Numbered from the stretch's first letter, positions 49,486 to 59,884 are shown. The stretch: DNA of 64,000 nt from Marine Group I thaumarchaeote (GCA_044358425.1 CP054849.1:1097302-1161301); one strand, 5' to 3'. Program-made: numbers and translations. The notes: generated from the letters alone by a model not told the origin.

Positions 49486-50088
49486 TTGACTACAGCACTA
49501 TATCTAGCACATCTAAATCCAGTAACAAATGCTCATGTAGAGATCATCAAAGAATTGAAAAAAGAAGCAGATATTGTAAAAGTAATGCCAGTAATTTTCA
49601 AATATGATAATAGAGAAGTTAACAGTAAGAGTTTTCCATTTAATTTTGAAACTAGAAAAAAAATGCTTGAAGCAATTTTTGGAGATTCAATCAAAATCAC
49701 TGATGACTATGCATTTTTAGCTCCATTCAAAAAATATCTTCCTCCATTAGTAAGAAGAAAATCATGGAAACTAAGAAAACAAATTCTCAATGGAGTTGAG
49801 GGAGATTATTTTTCATATACTGGAGATAAAGCTGAAGGGTATATGTTGAAACTATATCGATTGAAACCAAAAATTGGAGAACGTAAATCTCTTTCTGCAG
49901 CATCAGTTAAAGAAAAATTGTATGATTCAGTCTTAGAAAAAAAATCGGACTGGAAAGAAGATGTTCCAGAACAAATTGTCACTATAATTGAAGAAGAATG
50001 GGAAACAGTTGAAAAATTTGCCAATCAAGAAGATCAAACTACAAGAATTGTAGGTATGAAATTTCCCAAAGAAGGGTATTCAAAATAA
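49486..50088 (+). CDS. Cytidylyltransferase-like (HIGH superfamily) nucleotidyltransferase
   Basis: HLNPVTNAH (HxGH variant), PFNFETRKKM, LSAASVKE. Confidence 0.7.
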   Translation: MTTALYLAHLNPVTNAHVEIIKELKKEADIVKVMPVIFKYDNREVNSKSFPFNFETRKKMLEAIFGDSIKITDDYAFLAPFKKYLPPLVRRKSWKLRKQILNGVEGDYFSYTGDKAEGYMLKLYRLKPKIGERKSLSAASVKEKLYDSVLEKKSDWKEDVPEQIVTIIEEEWETVEKFANQEDQTTRIVGMKFPKEGYSK

Positions 50089-50122
50089 ATAGAGATTAAT
50101 ACAGATTTAATGATTTTTTTTC

Positions 50123-51040
50123 ATGGGACTTCCACTTTCAAAATATGTATGGTTTGATGGAAAATATGTAGCTACAGAAAAAGCACAAGTTCCAATAACA
50201 ACACATGCAATTCATTATGGAACATCAATTTTTGAAGGAATTAGGGCTTATTGGAATGGGGAAAATCTACACATATTCAGATTAGATGAGCATGTGAAAA
50301 GATTCAGAAAATCAGGTCAATTTTATGACATTTCATTAAATTTTACAGATAAAGAAATTTCAGATGCAATTATTGGTATTTGTAAAAAAAATAAAATTAA
50401 AAAATCATGTTATATCAGACCATTTTATTTTGTTGGAGATTATGGAATTAATTTACACGTAACAAAAAAAGCTCCAACCAATGTTGCAATTTTTACATTC
50501 CCATTTGGAGACTTGTTTAATAAAAATGGCATTACAGCAAGTGTTGTATCATGGAGAAAATTTTCAGATAATTCAACTCCAACTCAAGCAAAAATGGGAG
50601 GAAATTATCTTAATTCTATAATTGCCACACAAGAAGCAAAAAGAAATGGAGTAGATGAAGCAATTTTACTTGATCAAGATGGAAATGTTAGTGAAGCACC
50701 AGGTGAAAATATTTTCATCGTCAAAGATGGACAATTAATTACACCATCCTTATCATCCTCAGCATTAGAAGGAATTACTAGAGACGCCATTCTCAAAATT
50801 GGTAAAGATTTAGACATTGATGTTATTGAAAGGGATTTCAAAAGAAGTGAATTGTTAATGTCAGAGGAAATTTTTCTTACAGGAACTGCTGCAGAAATTA
50901 CGCCAGTAATTTCAATGGATTCTAAAAAAATAGGTACAGGAAAACCTGGAGACATTACAAAGAAAATGATGCAAGAGTATCTAGACATCGTAATGAATAA
51001 AAATATTGATTATGCTCATTGGTTAACTGAGGTCTATTAA
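50123..51040 (+). CDS. ilvE: Branched-chain amino acid aminotransferase
   Basis: HYGTSIFEGIRAY, AKMGGNY, EAPGENIF, LEGITR, GTAAEITP. Confidence 0.95.
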   Translation: MGLPLSKYVWFDGKYVATEKAQVPITTHAIHYGTSIFEGIRAYWNGENLHIFRLDEHVKRFRKSGQFYDISLNFTDKEISDAIIGICKKNKIKKSCYIRPFYFVGDYGINLHVTKKAPTNVAIFTFPFGDLFNKNGITASVVSWRKFSDNSTPTQAKMGGNYLNSIIATQEAKRNGVDEAILLDQDGNVSEAPGENIFIVKDGQLITPSLSSSALEGITRDAILKIGKDLDIDVIERDFKRSELLMSEEIFLTGTAAEITPVISMDSKKIGTGKPGDITKKMMQEYLDIVMNKNIDYAHWLTEVY

Positions 51041-51976
51041 TTGAAAATTATTCAAATTGGAACAGGTGGATGGGGTAAAAATCATACCAGAATCTTATCA
51101 GAATTAGGCGTACTAGTTGCAATTTGTGATGCAAATATTGAAAAAAGTAAAGAATATGGAGAAAAATATTCTGTAAGATATTATGATTCATTAGAGAAGG
51201 TTTTAGAATCAGAAGAATTTGATGGTGCTTTTGTAGTAACTCCAACATCAACACATGCAGAAATTGCTAAAAAATTGTTAGAAGCAAAAAAACATGTTTT
51301 TGTAGAAAAACCAATGACTTACAAATCTGAAGATGGTGAAAAACTTGCAAAACTTGCAGAAAAAAATAAAGTCATTTTAACATGTGGATATATTGAAAGA
51401 TTTAATCCAGCAGTAGATATTGTTAAAAAAATTGTGCATGAAAAAAAATACGGGGATTTAGTAATGTTAGAATTTCATAGGGAAAATAGAATGCCTCTTC
51501 ACATCAAAGATGTCGGAATAATTTATGATACATCAGTTCACGATATTGATACTGCTAATTGGTTGTTTAATGAAATGCCACAAGTGGTTTTTGCACGTTC
51601 AGGAAAAATTAGACATGAACGTGAGGATTTTACAAACATTATGTTAGGATACAAAAATGATAAAGTTGCAATAATTTCATCAAATTGGATTACACCAAAA
51701 AAAGTTAGAAAATTTAGTGCAGTCTGTACAGAAGCAATAATTTCATCAGATTTCCTAACACAAGAAATCAAAATAGAAAAAGATGAAGATTCAGAAATTA
51801 TTCAAAATCAAAAGCAAGAGCCGTTGATGAGAGAAATTCAAAATTTCTTAGATTCAATTGAAGATAAATCTAAACAAATTGTGAAAGCAGATGAAGCAGT
51901 AAATGTCACAAAAATTGCAGAAGCTGCACTTTTATCTAGTCAAAAAGGAACCCCAATTTATCTGGATTTAAAATGA
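51041..51976 (+). CDS. Gfo/Idh/MocA oxidoreductase (WlbA/WbpB-like)
   Basis: GTGGWG, VEKP, ERFNPA, DTSVHDID. Confidence 0.85.
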   Translation: MKIIQIGTGGWGKNHTRILSELGVLVAICDANIEKSKEYGEKYSVRYYDSLEKVLESEEFDGAFVVTPTSTHAEIAKKLLEAKKHVFVEKPMTYKSEDGEKLAKLAEKNKVILTCGYIERFNPAVDIVKKIVHEKKYGDLVMLEFHRENRMPLHIKDVGIIYDTSVHDIDTANWLFNEMPQVVFARSGKIRHEREDFTNIMLGYKNDKVAIISSNWITPKKVRKFSAVCTEAIISSDFLTQEIKIEKDEDSEIIQNQKQEPLMREIQNFLDSIEDKSKQIVKADEAVNVTKIAEAALLSSQKGTPIYLDLK

Positions 51977-52242
51977 ATAAGACAATGATGGAAATACTGG
52001 CATGTCCTATAGACAAGAATCATCCACTAGAATTATTTGAAATTAATCAAAAAGAAGACGTAGTAGTTGAGGGCGCAATATTTTGTCCAAAATGCTCTAG
52101 ATTCTATCCAATAATGGAAGAAATCCCAATTATGTTACCTGATGATCTAAGAGATAAAAAACATGAGATGGAATTTTTGAATAAAAACAAAGATAATTTA
52201 CCTGAAAAAATTATTACAAAGGCAAATCCATGGCATTTGTAA
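51973..52242 (+). CDS. trm112: Trm112-like methyltransferase activator
   Basis: ILACPIDK...CPKCSRFYPIMEEIPIML. Confidence 0.88.
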   Translation: MNKTMMEILACPIDKNHPLELFEINQKEDVVVEGAIFCPKCSRFYPIMEEIPIMLPDDLRDKKHEMEFLNKNKDNLPEKIITKANPWHL

Positions 52243-52246
52243 GATA

Positions 52247-52723
52247 ATGGTTACAAATTTTATTTCTGAAAAGGCAAAAATTGGAGAAAATGTTCAAGTT
52301 TGGCATTTTTCATATATTGGAGATAATGTTGAGATTGGAGATAATGTGAAAATTGGTTCTCTTGCACATATTGATTATGATGTAAAGATTGGAGAGAATA
52401 CAAAAATTGAAGGTCAAGCATACATTCCACCTTTATCCAGAATTGGAAAAAATGTATTCATTGGTCCTGCAGCTGTTTTAACAAATGATCCATTTCCAAT
52501 GTGTGATAAGATGGTCGGAGTGACAATTGAAGATAATGCAGTTATTGGTGCACGTGCTGTAATTAAAGCAGGTGTCACAATTGGAAAAAATAGTGTTGTT
52601 GCAATGGGTGCAATTGTTACAAGAGATGTTCAAGAAAACACTGTTGTTGCAGGTTCTCCAGCTTTTCTACGATATAGTAGAGAAGAATATGACAAAAAAC
52701 AAAAAAAATGGTTAGAAAGCTAA
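52247..52723 (+). CDS. Hexapeptide-repeat sugar N-acyltransferase (WlbB/WbpD-like)
   Basis: Left-handed beta-helix repeats (IGENV, IGDNV), VWHFS, FIGPAAVLTND. Confidence 0.85.
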   Translation: MVTNFISEKAKIGENVQVWHFSYIGDNVEIGDNVKIGSLAHIDYDVKIGENTKIEGQAYIPPLSRIGKNVFIGPAAVLTNDPFPMCDKMVGVTIEDNAVIGARAVIKAGVTIGKNSVVAMGAIVTRDVQENTVVAGSPAFLRYSREEYDKKQKKWLES

Positions 52724-52950
52724 GAATTTAATTCTTTTTTGAAAATCCAATTTTTTAATTTGGATAAAATTAAAATCCATATTACAACTAATATCAAAGC
52801 AATAACAACTTTAATTCCAGATGCAATAATCCAATGAAATTCACCAAATTGTTGTATTGAGAATGGCCCTAACAAAACAACCATGATACCACCACCAATA
52901 ATTATCAAGACCCACATTGCAAATAAAAAACCATATAGACCAGATTTCAT
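52720..52950 (-). CDS. Small two-TM membrane protein
   Basis: Two hydrophobic segments; overlaps the aglH stop. Confidence 0.7.
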   Translation of the reverse strand: MKSGLYGFLFAMWVLIIIGGGIMVVLLGPFSIQQFGEFHWIIASGIKVVIALILVVIWILILSKLKNWIFKKELNS

Positions 52951-53939
52951 AGTGACACACCCATCATAAATGCAGTAATAATTGCTAAAGCACCTGAAAA
53001 AATTGCTAATTTGAAAATTGCAAATCCAACTTGCTTTTCAGTTAATGGTCCACCTGCAAGAATTAATCTAACTAAAGTTACAGGTGCAGTTTTATCATTA
53101 GTTGCCTTAAGTTTAAAATCATCTGTATGTTCTACAGGTTTGCCTTTAATTTGACGATGTTCCACTACTCGTTTTACACTAGATAAGAACAAAAATGAGT
53201 TAATTACTGCAGGTAATAACGCAATTGCTGCAATTATTTCCACACCACCAACTATTGCAATAACACCATACATAGCTCCAAATGTCAACGCTCCAGAATC
53301 ACCAGGAAAAATTTTACTAGGAATTTTGTGATATTTGTAAAATGCCAATGAAACAAATCCTAATGGCAAACTTACAATTGCAATTTCATAATTTTGCAAA
53401 ATAAATAAACAAATGGATAGTGTAAAACTTGCAATAACCATAAAACCACTAGCAACTCCATTTAGAACATCAATTGAGTTAATTGTATTTCCAGTAATTG
53501 GAATCATAAAAACTATCAATCCAAGATATAGTAATGGAATTTGAACATCACCAAATAATGGAAATGCAAGATCTGAGTCATATGCACCAAGAAAAATTAT
53601 CGGTAATGCTGCAATTGCTAGAGTTACAGGCTTAAACCAACCTCCCATGACTTTTCTATCATCAATATAACCAATTACAAATGCGGCAGAAGTTGTAATT
53701 ATGATTGCAAGAATTTCATTGAGTTGAAAAAATCCATACAAAACAATCTCAGAAACAACAATTCCTAAAATTATTGAAGGACCACCAGGCCTTACAATCA
53801 TTACATTATCTTTTTTATTCATATCTTTTACAGCATAATTTTTTTTAGTTAAAATTTTGATTAATGGTGGAGTAGTAAAATATACTATAAAAAATGCTAG
53901 CAAACAAGAAATAATTGCAGGGATGATTAATTCAATCAA
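52947..53939 (-). CDS. aglH: UDP-GlcNAc:dolichyl-phosphate GlcNAc-1-P transferase (MraY/GPT family)
   Basis: IGYIDD, NTINSIDVLNG, IFPGDSG; multi-TM. Confidence 0.82.
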   Translation of the reverse strand: MIELIIPAIISCLLAFFIVYFTTPPLIKILTKKNYAVKDMNKKDNVMIVRPGGPSIILGIVVSEIVLYGFFQLNEILAIIITTSAAFVIGYIDDRKVMGGWFKPVTLAIAALPIIFLGAYDSDLAFPLFGDVQIPLLYLGLIVFMIPITGNTINSIDVLNGVASGFMVIASFTLSICLFILQNYEIAIVSLPLGFVSLAFYKYHKIPSKIFPGDSGALTFGAMYGVIAIVGGVEIIAAIALLPAVINSFLFLSSVKRVVEHRQIKGKPVEHTDDFKLKATNDKTAPVTLVRLILAGGPLTEKQVGFAIFKLAIFSGALAIITAFMMGVSL

Positions 53940-56065
53940 TATCTAACCTTCTTTAATTCAGCTTTAATGTTATTTGCTATTGTTAAACCAATTTTATCAA
54001 TTTCTGCTAATTTATTTACAGGAATTTTTGCTAGATCATCAAGATTTTTTATATTATGCTTAAACAAAATACGTGCTCTAACTCTTCCAATTCCTTTCAC
54101 ACGCACCAAATCTAACAATTCCTCTCTGATTCCATAAACTATTCGTTTTCTCAAATCACCAAATTCCTCAAGCAAATCAGATCTTTCAATATGTTTAGAA
54201 ATTTCTCGTAAACAATATGAAAGCCAATTTGCATTTTCTACCATTCTATGCATGTCTCCAGCCTCAATTCCAAGAGTATCAGATAAAGAAAGTTCAGTGG
54301 ATTCAGTAATCCACATTTGTAAAGCTAAAAGACTTCTTGAACAATCATATTCTGATATAGGTTCAATTAGTTCTGAAGAATGATTTTCAATCATAAGACT
54401 GGTTGATTCATAGTCCTTATTTCGAAGAGAGAAATTAGGAAAAAATTCTTCACAGTTTGTCATTATATGTAAAAATCCAAAAGTGTGTTTTCCTTGTTGA
54501 GATACATTATCAATTGTATCTCTAAAATATGTAGCAGTCAAAGGATCAATGTAAAGCATCGAAGTCTTTTTTCCAAATGCAGTTCCAGCATATCGTTCAC
54601 CTTTTTTTACTACTAACTGCTGGCTAGAAAGAAATCGTAGTGAAATATTAATTGCAAAACTTAATGTTGCTTTTGTAGTTTGTAATCCACCTAGTGTCTG
54701 TAAAAAGAATTCTAACAATTCTTCTTTTTTAATTCCAGGATGAGTAACAATGACACTTAGAATATGAGTTCTCAGTGATTTATCATCAGTAATTTTTGAA
54801 ATAATAGGTTCTGATTCACCATGAATATAATATTCAGTCAAATCTTCAGCATTACCATTTCCAACAATAATTGATTCACCATACTTGTCGTATTGTGGTC
54901 GTCCAGCTCTTCCACAAAGTTGTTTATATTCTAAAACACTAATTGGTCTATTTGCACCAACTTTTGCATTGTACCTATTAATGTTTGAAATTACAACTCT
55001 TCTTGCAGGAAGATTAACACCAGCTGCTAATGTTGGAGTTGATGATAATAATTTGATGGTGCCATTACGAAATTCTTTTTCAACAATTTCCCTACATTTT
55101 TGATTTAGTCCTGCATGATGAAATGCAACTCCTTTTTTTACAAGTGTTGCTAAAGTTTTTACAATTTCGGTATGTTCATTTTCTGCAAGAATTTGTTTTG
55201 ATGTTTTTTCTAATGCAGTTAATTCCTTTTTTACTAAAAGTTGAGAAATTACATCAGCTGCTTTTGTTGCAAGTGATTTTGATCTTACTCTAGTTTCTGC
55301 AAAAACTAATGATTGACCACCATTTTGGACAGATTGCACGCCTAAATCAATTGGAATTCCACGTAAGCTAGGCTTTACTTCAAATGTTTCACCATCACTC
55401 ATGGTAACCTTTCCACCATCGCATACTCCTTCAGATAACGGAACTGGCCGCCAATCATTTTTTACCAATTTACAATCAAGCCAATCAGCAATTTCATTTG
55501 AATTAGTAATTGTTGCACTAAGACCTATAATTTGAGGTTTAGATTCTAATAATTTTAAATGAGTTAAAATCATTTCAAGTGTGGGTCCTCTACTTTCATC
55601 ACCAATTAGATGAACTTCATCAGATATCACCAAACCAATATCATCAATCCATTCAGCACCATGTCTAATTATTGAATCCATTTTTTCATTTGTTAAAATC
55701 AATACATTACTTTTTTCTAAATTTTTTTCAATATGTTCAAAATCCCCAGTTGAAATACTTGTTTTAATTTTTCTACCGATAGAAATTTTCTCTAATTTTT
55801 TAAATTCTGTAAATTTTTCAGCAGCTAATGCACGTAATGGACTAAGATAAATCACCTTACCTTTATTTTTTGAAAGATAGTTTAGCATTGCAAGCATAGC
55901 AATCAAAGTTTTACCACTTGCAGTAGGTGCAGAAACCAAAATACTTCTTCCATCTAGCAATCCAGATTTTACACAATCAGCTTGTGGCGGATATAATTTT
56001 TCATATCCTTGAGATTTTAAAAAATCAATTGCAGAATCTGGAAGTGATAATTTTTCTATTTTCAT
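53936..56065 (-). CDS. hel308: Ski2-like DNA helicase Hel308
   Basis: PTASGKT, DEVH, LSAT, FHHAGL, TLAAGVNLPA, GRAGRP, C-terminal HhH. Confidence 0.95.
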   Translation of the reverse strand: MKIEKLSLPDSAIDFLKSQGYEKLYPPQADCVKSGLLDGRSILVSAPTASGKTLIAMLAMLNYLSKNKGKVIYLSPLRALAAEKFTEFKKLEKISIGRKIKTSISTGDFEHIEKNLEKSNVLILTNEKMDSIIRHGAEWIDDIGLVISDEVHLIGDESRGPTLEMILTHLKLLESKPQIIGLSATITNSNEIADWLDCKLVKNDWRPVPLSEGVCDGGKVTMSDGETFEVKPSLRGIPIDLGVQSVQNGGQSLVFAETRVRSKSLATKAADVISQLLVKKELTALEKTSKQILAENEHTEIVKTLATLVKKGVAFHHAGLNQKCREIVEKEFRNGTIKLLSSTPTLAAGVNLPARRVVISNINRYNAKVGANRPISVLEYKQLCGRAGRPQYDKYGESIIVGNGNAEDLTEYYIHGESEPIISKITDDKSLRTHILSVIVTHPGIKKEELLEFFLQTLGGLQTTKATLSFAINISLRFLSSQQLVVKKGERYAGTAFGKKTSMLYIDPLTATYFRDTIDNVSQQGKHTFGFLHIMTNCEEFFPNFSLRNKDYESTSLMIENHSSELIEPISEYDCSRSLLALQMWITESTELSLSDTLGIEAGDMHRMVENANWLSYCLREISKHIERSDLLEEFGDLRKRIVYGIREELLDLVRVKGIGRVRARILFKHNIKNLDDLAKIPVNKLAEIDKIGLTIANNIKAELKKVRY

Positions 56066-58146
56066 ACTCGATTATAATGACCGGGTTTTGATTCATAAAT
56101 AGATGCTTCTCTCAGCATTCGTCTAATGTAATTTCTTGCTTCTTCTTCACTAAACTTTTCCGTTTTTTCAAGTTCTTGAACAAATGCACGTTCTTCAACT
56201 GCTACTTTATTGTCCCCTTCAAGACTTTTTAAAATGTCCATAAATAATTGCATTTTTGATACTTCACTTCTTGGTTTTCCTTGTAAAACTCCAAGATCAA
56301 CTTTTCCAGTATTAACATCAACACCAGCATCTTGAAGCATGCTTTGAATAAGGAATATTGCACGCTCAGCATCTTCCTCTTCAACCTTATCTTTCATGAG
56401 CAATCTAGCTCTAGCCGTAGAAAGTCGGATAATTCCTTCCAATTGTCTAGGAGTTACAGTAATCATTTCTTCAGATTCAACATTTCTCATTTGAAGATAA
56501 TAATCAAGAATTTTTGCTTCAGCCTCTTTTGTTAATTCAGGTGTTCCACGTTTTGCATAAGAGAGATATTTTGTTAACAAATCAACTTCAATTACTGATT
56601 TTTTATCAATTCCTGAATTAGTATTTCTTCTAATAATATGTGTGGCAATTTGGACATCTCTTTCTTTAGTAGGAATATCTCTAACAACAAAAATTAAATC
56701 AAATCGAGTTAATAATGGAATTGGTAAATTAACATTTTCTGTAATATTTTTGAAAGGATCATATTTTCCATACATTGGGTTTGCTGCAGCTAAAATTGAT
56801 GTTCTAGCATTCAGTGTAGCAACAATACCACCTTTTGCAATACTTGCAGATTGTTGTTCCATAACCTCGTGTAAAGCACTTCTATCTTCAGGTTTCATTT
56901 TATCAAATTCATCAATACTCACCAAACCTTGATCACCTAGTACAACTGCTCCAGCTTCTAACATCATAATACCAGTTTTATCTCGAACAACTGCAGCTGT
57001 AAGTCCCGCAGCTGTTGAACCTCTACCAGAAGTATACAATCCACGCGGAGCAATTCTTGCACAAAATTTTAACATCTCACTTTTTGCAGTACCTGGATCA
57101 CCTACCAAAAATACATTGATGTCACCTCTAATTTTACTACCGTCACCTAACAATCTTTGATTAGAACCAACGATAAGTAACAAAATAGCTTCTTTGATTA
57201 ATGACTGACCTTGAATGTGTGGAGCAAATGAATCAATTAATCTTTGATAAACATCAGAACTTTGACCAAGAGATTTGATTCTTTTTTCTTCCTCAGGTGA
57301 GATTTCTTCTCTACCAATTTTTCTATCAGTTTTAGATCCACGACCACTTAAAAATTCAATATTATTTCCTTCAATTCTTAATCGATATAATCCACTATGA
57401 CCCCTTTGAACGCCAGTAACAGATTCTTGCTCAACTCTAACTACACCAGTAAGAATAATTCTATCTCCTGGTCTTGAATTATCAACTAAATCCTGCCTAA
57501 TTGTGACATCAATATAATGAGGTAATTGTCCTGGAGGTAAATCTTCAGGGAGTTCTTGCAATCTAAGAATTTGAAAATCAATGAACTTGCTTGATTCTGG
57601 TTTTAATTCAAAATCTCTTTGTTTACAATTTGGATTATCACAAACTACGGGGATTTTTGCATCCATTCCTTTTAGTTGTATTATTTTTGTAGTATGTTCA
57701 TCTGGACATACAAAAACTAATTCTTTTGCAAGAGGTTTAACTTCTGATGCTCTGACAACCATTCCAGAAACACTTGTCATAGTTCCTATGGTTTCAGCAT
57801 TAATTTGTCGTAAACTTCTTTCAAGAGGAAAATTTGCAATTCTTACACGAACTTCTTCTTTAATTTTTTCAGCATAATCGGGAAATCTTGTTTGTAATGC
57901 TTCTTTGATAGCCCTTGCAAAAGCATCAAATATTCTATCAGGATTTTCAGAAAAAATTATTTCAATTTGAGGTTCTGTAACCAGATCATTGTAATCAACT
58001 ACAATATACTTTGCATTCTTTGGCATCATTGCATCAATTGCATCAACATACTTGTAATTGCCTTGTTTATCTTTGAATCTAGTTAGAAATTCTTTTACTT
58101 TATCAGATAATGCAGAATCAGTAAATGAACTAGTTTGACTACTCAT
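56062..58146 (-). CDS. mcm: MCM replicative helicase
   Basis: Zn finger, GDPGTAKS, IDEFDKM, AAANP, LLTRFD, TPRQLE. Confidence 0.97.
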   Translation of the reverse strand: MSSQTSSFTDSALSDKVKEFLTRFKDKQGNYKYVDAIDAMMPKNAKYIVVDYNDLVTEPQIEIIFSENPDRIFDAFARAIKEALQTRFPDYAEKIKEEVRVRIANFPLERSLRQINAETIGTMTSVSGMVVRASEVKPLAKELVFVCPDEHTTKIIQLKGMDAKIPVVCDNPNCKQRDFELKPESSKFIDFQILRLQELPEDLPPGQLPHYIDVTIRQDLVDNSRPGDRIILTGVVRVEQESVTGVQRGHSGLYRLRIEGNNIEFLSGRGSKTDRKIGREEISPEEEKRIKSLGQSSDVYQRLIDSFAPHIQGQSLIKEAILLLIVGSNQRLLGDGSKIRGDINVFLVGDPGTAKSEMLKFCARIAPRGLYTSGRGSTAAGLTAAVVRDKTGIMMLEAGAVVLGDQGLVSIDEFDKMKPEDRSALHEVMEQQSASIAKGGIVATLNARTSILAAANPMYGKYDPFKNITENVNLPIPLLTRFDLIFVVRDIPTKERDVQIATHIIRRNTNSGIDKKSVIEVDLLTKYLSYAKRGTPELTKEAEAKILDYYLQMRNVESEEMITVTPRQLEGIIRLSTARARLLMKDKVEEEDAERAIFLIQSMLQDAGVDVNTGKVDLGVLQGKPRSEVSKMQLFMDILKSLEGDNKVAVEERAFVQELEKTEKFSEEEARNYIRRMLREASIYESKPGHYNRV

Positions 58147-58657
58147 CAGTATTGCCTCTCACTTGATTTTCAAATTCTTTACTATTGTCATAAATTGTAG
58201 TATAGAAAATATTTTCCTCTACAGTTAATTGATTGTAAATGTCAGAATTTAGTTTAATTGAATCAGCAAGTTTTACAATTTTTCCTCTTCGCATTCTAAA
58301 CAATTCTAACAATATACTTTCAACATGATTAAAATCATCACGATTCAATTCTTTCATAGTTTGTTTTAATTTAATGTAAAAATGAGGTTCCAATGTAGAT
58401 AATTGATATTCTCCAACCATCTTTTCTTTGGACAATGCTTGTTTTAATTCAGTAATCATATCAGGCATATCAATTGTTCCTACACCACTATCATTCAAAA
58501 TTTTTCCAATCCATTGAGGCATGTTATTGGTATCACCTTGAGTACCCTCAATTTTGACTCCAGCCACATTATACTTAAAATCCTGATTTATGGTAACTTT
58601 AGCATCTTTTAGGCGATATCCTATCGAATGTATTTTTTCTATTTCTTTAATTTTCAT
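58139..58657 (-). CDS. GINS subunit (Gins23 type)
   Basis: PQWIG..L B-domain followed by LSTLEPHFY and MRRGKIVKLA..LTVEE A-domain; directly upstream of mcm. Confidence 0.8.
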   Translation of the reverse strand: MKIKEIEKIHSIGYRLKDAKVTINQDFKYNVAGVKIEGTQGDTNNMPQWIGKILNDSGVGTIDMPDMITELKQALSKEKMVGEYQLSTLEPHFYIKLKQTMKELNRDDFNHVESILLELFRMRRGKIVKLADSIKLNSDIYNQLTVEENIFYTTIYDNSKEFENQVRGNTDE

Positions 58658-58661
58658 ATGA

Positions 58662-58736
58662 GATCACTTATCAATTTTAGATCCTCAAGTATCGGATCGA
58701 TCAATTCTGTTAACAATTTAGTGAGATCATTTGATC
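58662..58736. promoter_or_regulatory. Cluster of six GATC sites in the gins-mcm / rfcS divergent intergenic region
   Basis: GATC at 58662, 58680, 58695, 58699, 58725 and 58733. Confidence 0.6.
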
Positions 58737-58845
58737 CTAATTAATGACAGGTTGAGGCTAGTTATGCTTTAGATAAATTCCATTTTAATGAATTGGATTA
58801 CAGAATAACCAATTCGGATTTATTAATGGGTCAGGCTTTTGATAC

Positions 58846-59799
58846 TTGATGTCTGCAACAGGAATGTGGGTAGAGAAGTATCGACCAAAAGAAATCTCAG
58901 AAATTGTTGGGCAAAGTGAAATAATTGGGAGTTTATCTGCTTTAATCAAAGATCCAACAGATATGCCACACTTGATGTTTTCTGGTTCAGCAGGAGTTGG
59001 AAAAACAACTACAGCATTATGTATCACAAGACAAATTCTAGGAGAAAATATCGAAGGGAATCTACTTGAATTGAATGCATCTGATGAAAGAGGAATTGGA
59101 ATGGTTAGAGAAAAAGTCAAAAAGTTTTCAGGATTTGCAGGATTATCAAATGTACCTTTTAAAATTATAATTTTAGATGAAGCAGATGAAATGACTGCTG
59201 ATGCCCAAACAGCACTTAGGAGAATTATAGAAGATACTGCAAAAATTTGTAGATTTATCCTAATAGCAAACAATGTTTCAAAAATAATTGATCCTATCCA
59301 AAGTAGATGTGCGACTTTCAAATTTACAAGCGTAGGAGAAGAGGACATCATTAGCAGATTAGAGGTAATTGCAAAAAAAGAAAAAGTCAAATCAAATAAA
59401 AAAGGACTTAAAGCAATTTATGATTATTCCCAAGGTGATTTAAGACATGCAATTAATTTATTGCAAGCAACTGCAAGTTTAGGAGAAATATCTGAAGAAA
59501 CAGTGATATCTTCAGCAGGGCTAACTAAAACAACTGACGTAGATGATGTTTTAAAAATTGCATTGTCTGGAAATGTAGTAGATTCTAGAGAGAAAATGAT
59601 TGAATTGATTAAAGTTTATGGAATGTCAGAATCAGACTTTCTCAAATATTTCAATTCAGCAGTTTTCAAATCAAAACATGAAAAATTAGCAGAAATTTTA
59701 GAAGTAATTGCAAAATATGATTATAGAATTTTAGTTGGAGCAAATTCTGAAATTCAATTATCTGCAATGCTTGCAGAACTTGCAAGAATAGAAAAGTAA
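58846..59799 (+). CDS. rfcS: Replication factor C small subunit
   Basis: WVEKYRP, GSAGVGKTT, ELNASDERG, LDEADEMT, IQSRC. Confidence 0.96.
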   Translation: MMSATGMWVEKYRPKEISEIVGQSEIIGSLSALIKDPTDMPHLMFSGSAGVGKTTTALCITRQILGENIEGNLLELNASDERGIGMVREKVKKFSGFAGLSNVPFKIIILDEADEMTADAQTALRRIIEDTAKICRFILIANNVSKIIDPIQSRCATFKFTSVGEEDIISRLEVIAKKEKVKSNKKGLKAIYDYSQGDLRHAINLLQATASLGEISEETVISSAGLTKTTDVDDVLKIALSGNVVDSREKMIELIKVYGMSESDFLKYFNSAVFKSKHEKLAEILEVIAKYDYRILVGANSEIQLSAMLAELARIEK

Positions 59800-59800
59800 A

Positions 59801-59884
59801 CGCCGAGAGAGGGATTTGAACCCCCGCGTGCTTGCGCACACAGGCTCTCAAGGCCCGCGCTCTACCGGACTAAGCGACCTCGGC
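59801..59884 (-). tRNA. tRNA-Ser(TGA)
   Basis: GCCGAGG...CGGGC-CTTGAGA-GCCTG, long variable arm GTGC-GCAA-GCAC, G73. Confidence 0.95.

Noticed and set aside
53936-59799. Inteins in MCM, RFC or Hel308, and introns in tRNAs
   Set aside because: Protein lengths and motif spacing are normal, and all seven tRNAs fold without inserts.
59801-59884. tRNA with TGA and a long variable arm as possible tRNA-Sec
   Set aside because: The anticodon is TGA (reads UCA, Ser); Sec requires TCA and a longer acceptor arm.
3007-59884. Integrated elements at tRNA 3' ends
   Set aside because: No integrase, no duplicated tRNA ends (att sites) and no visible compositional shift.
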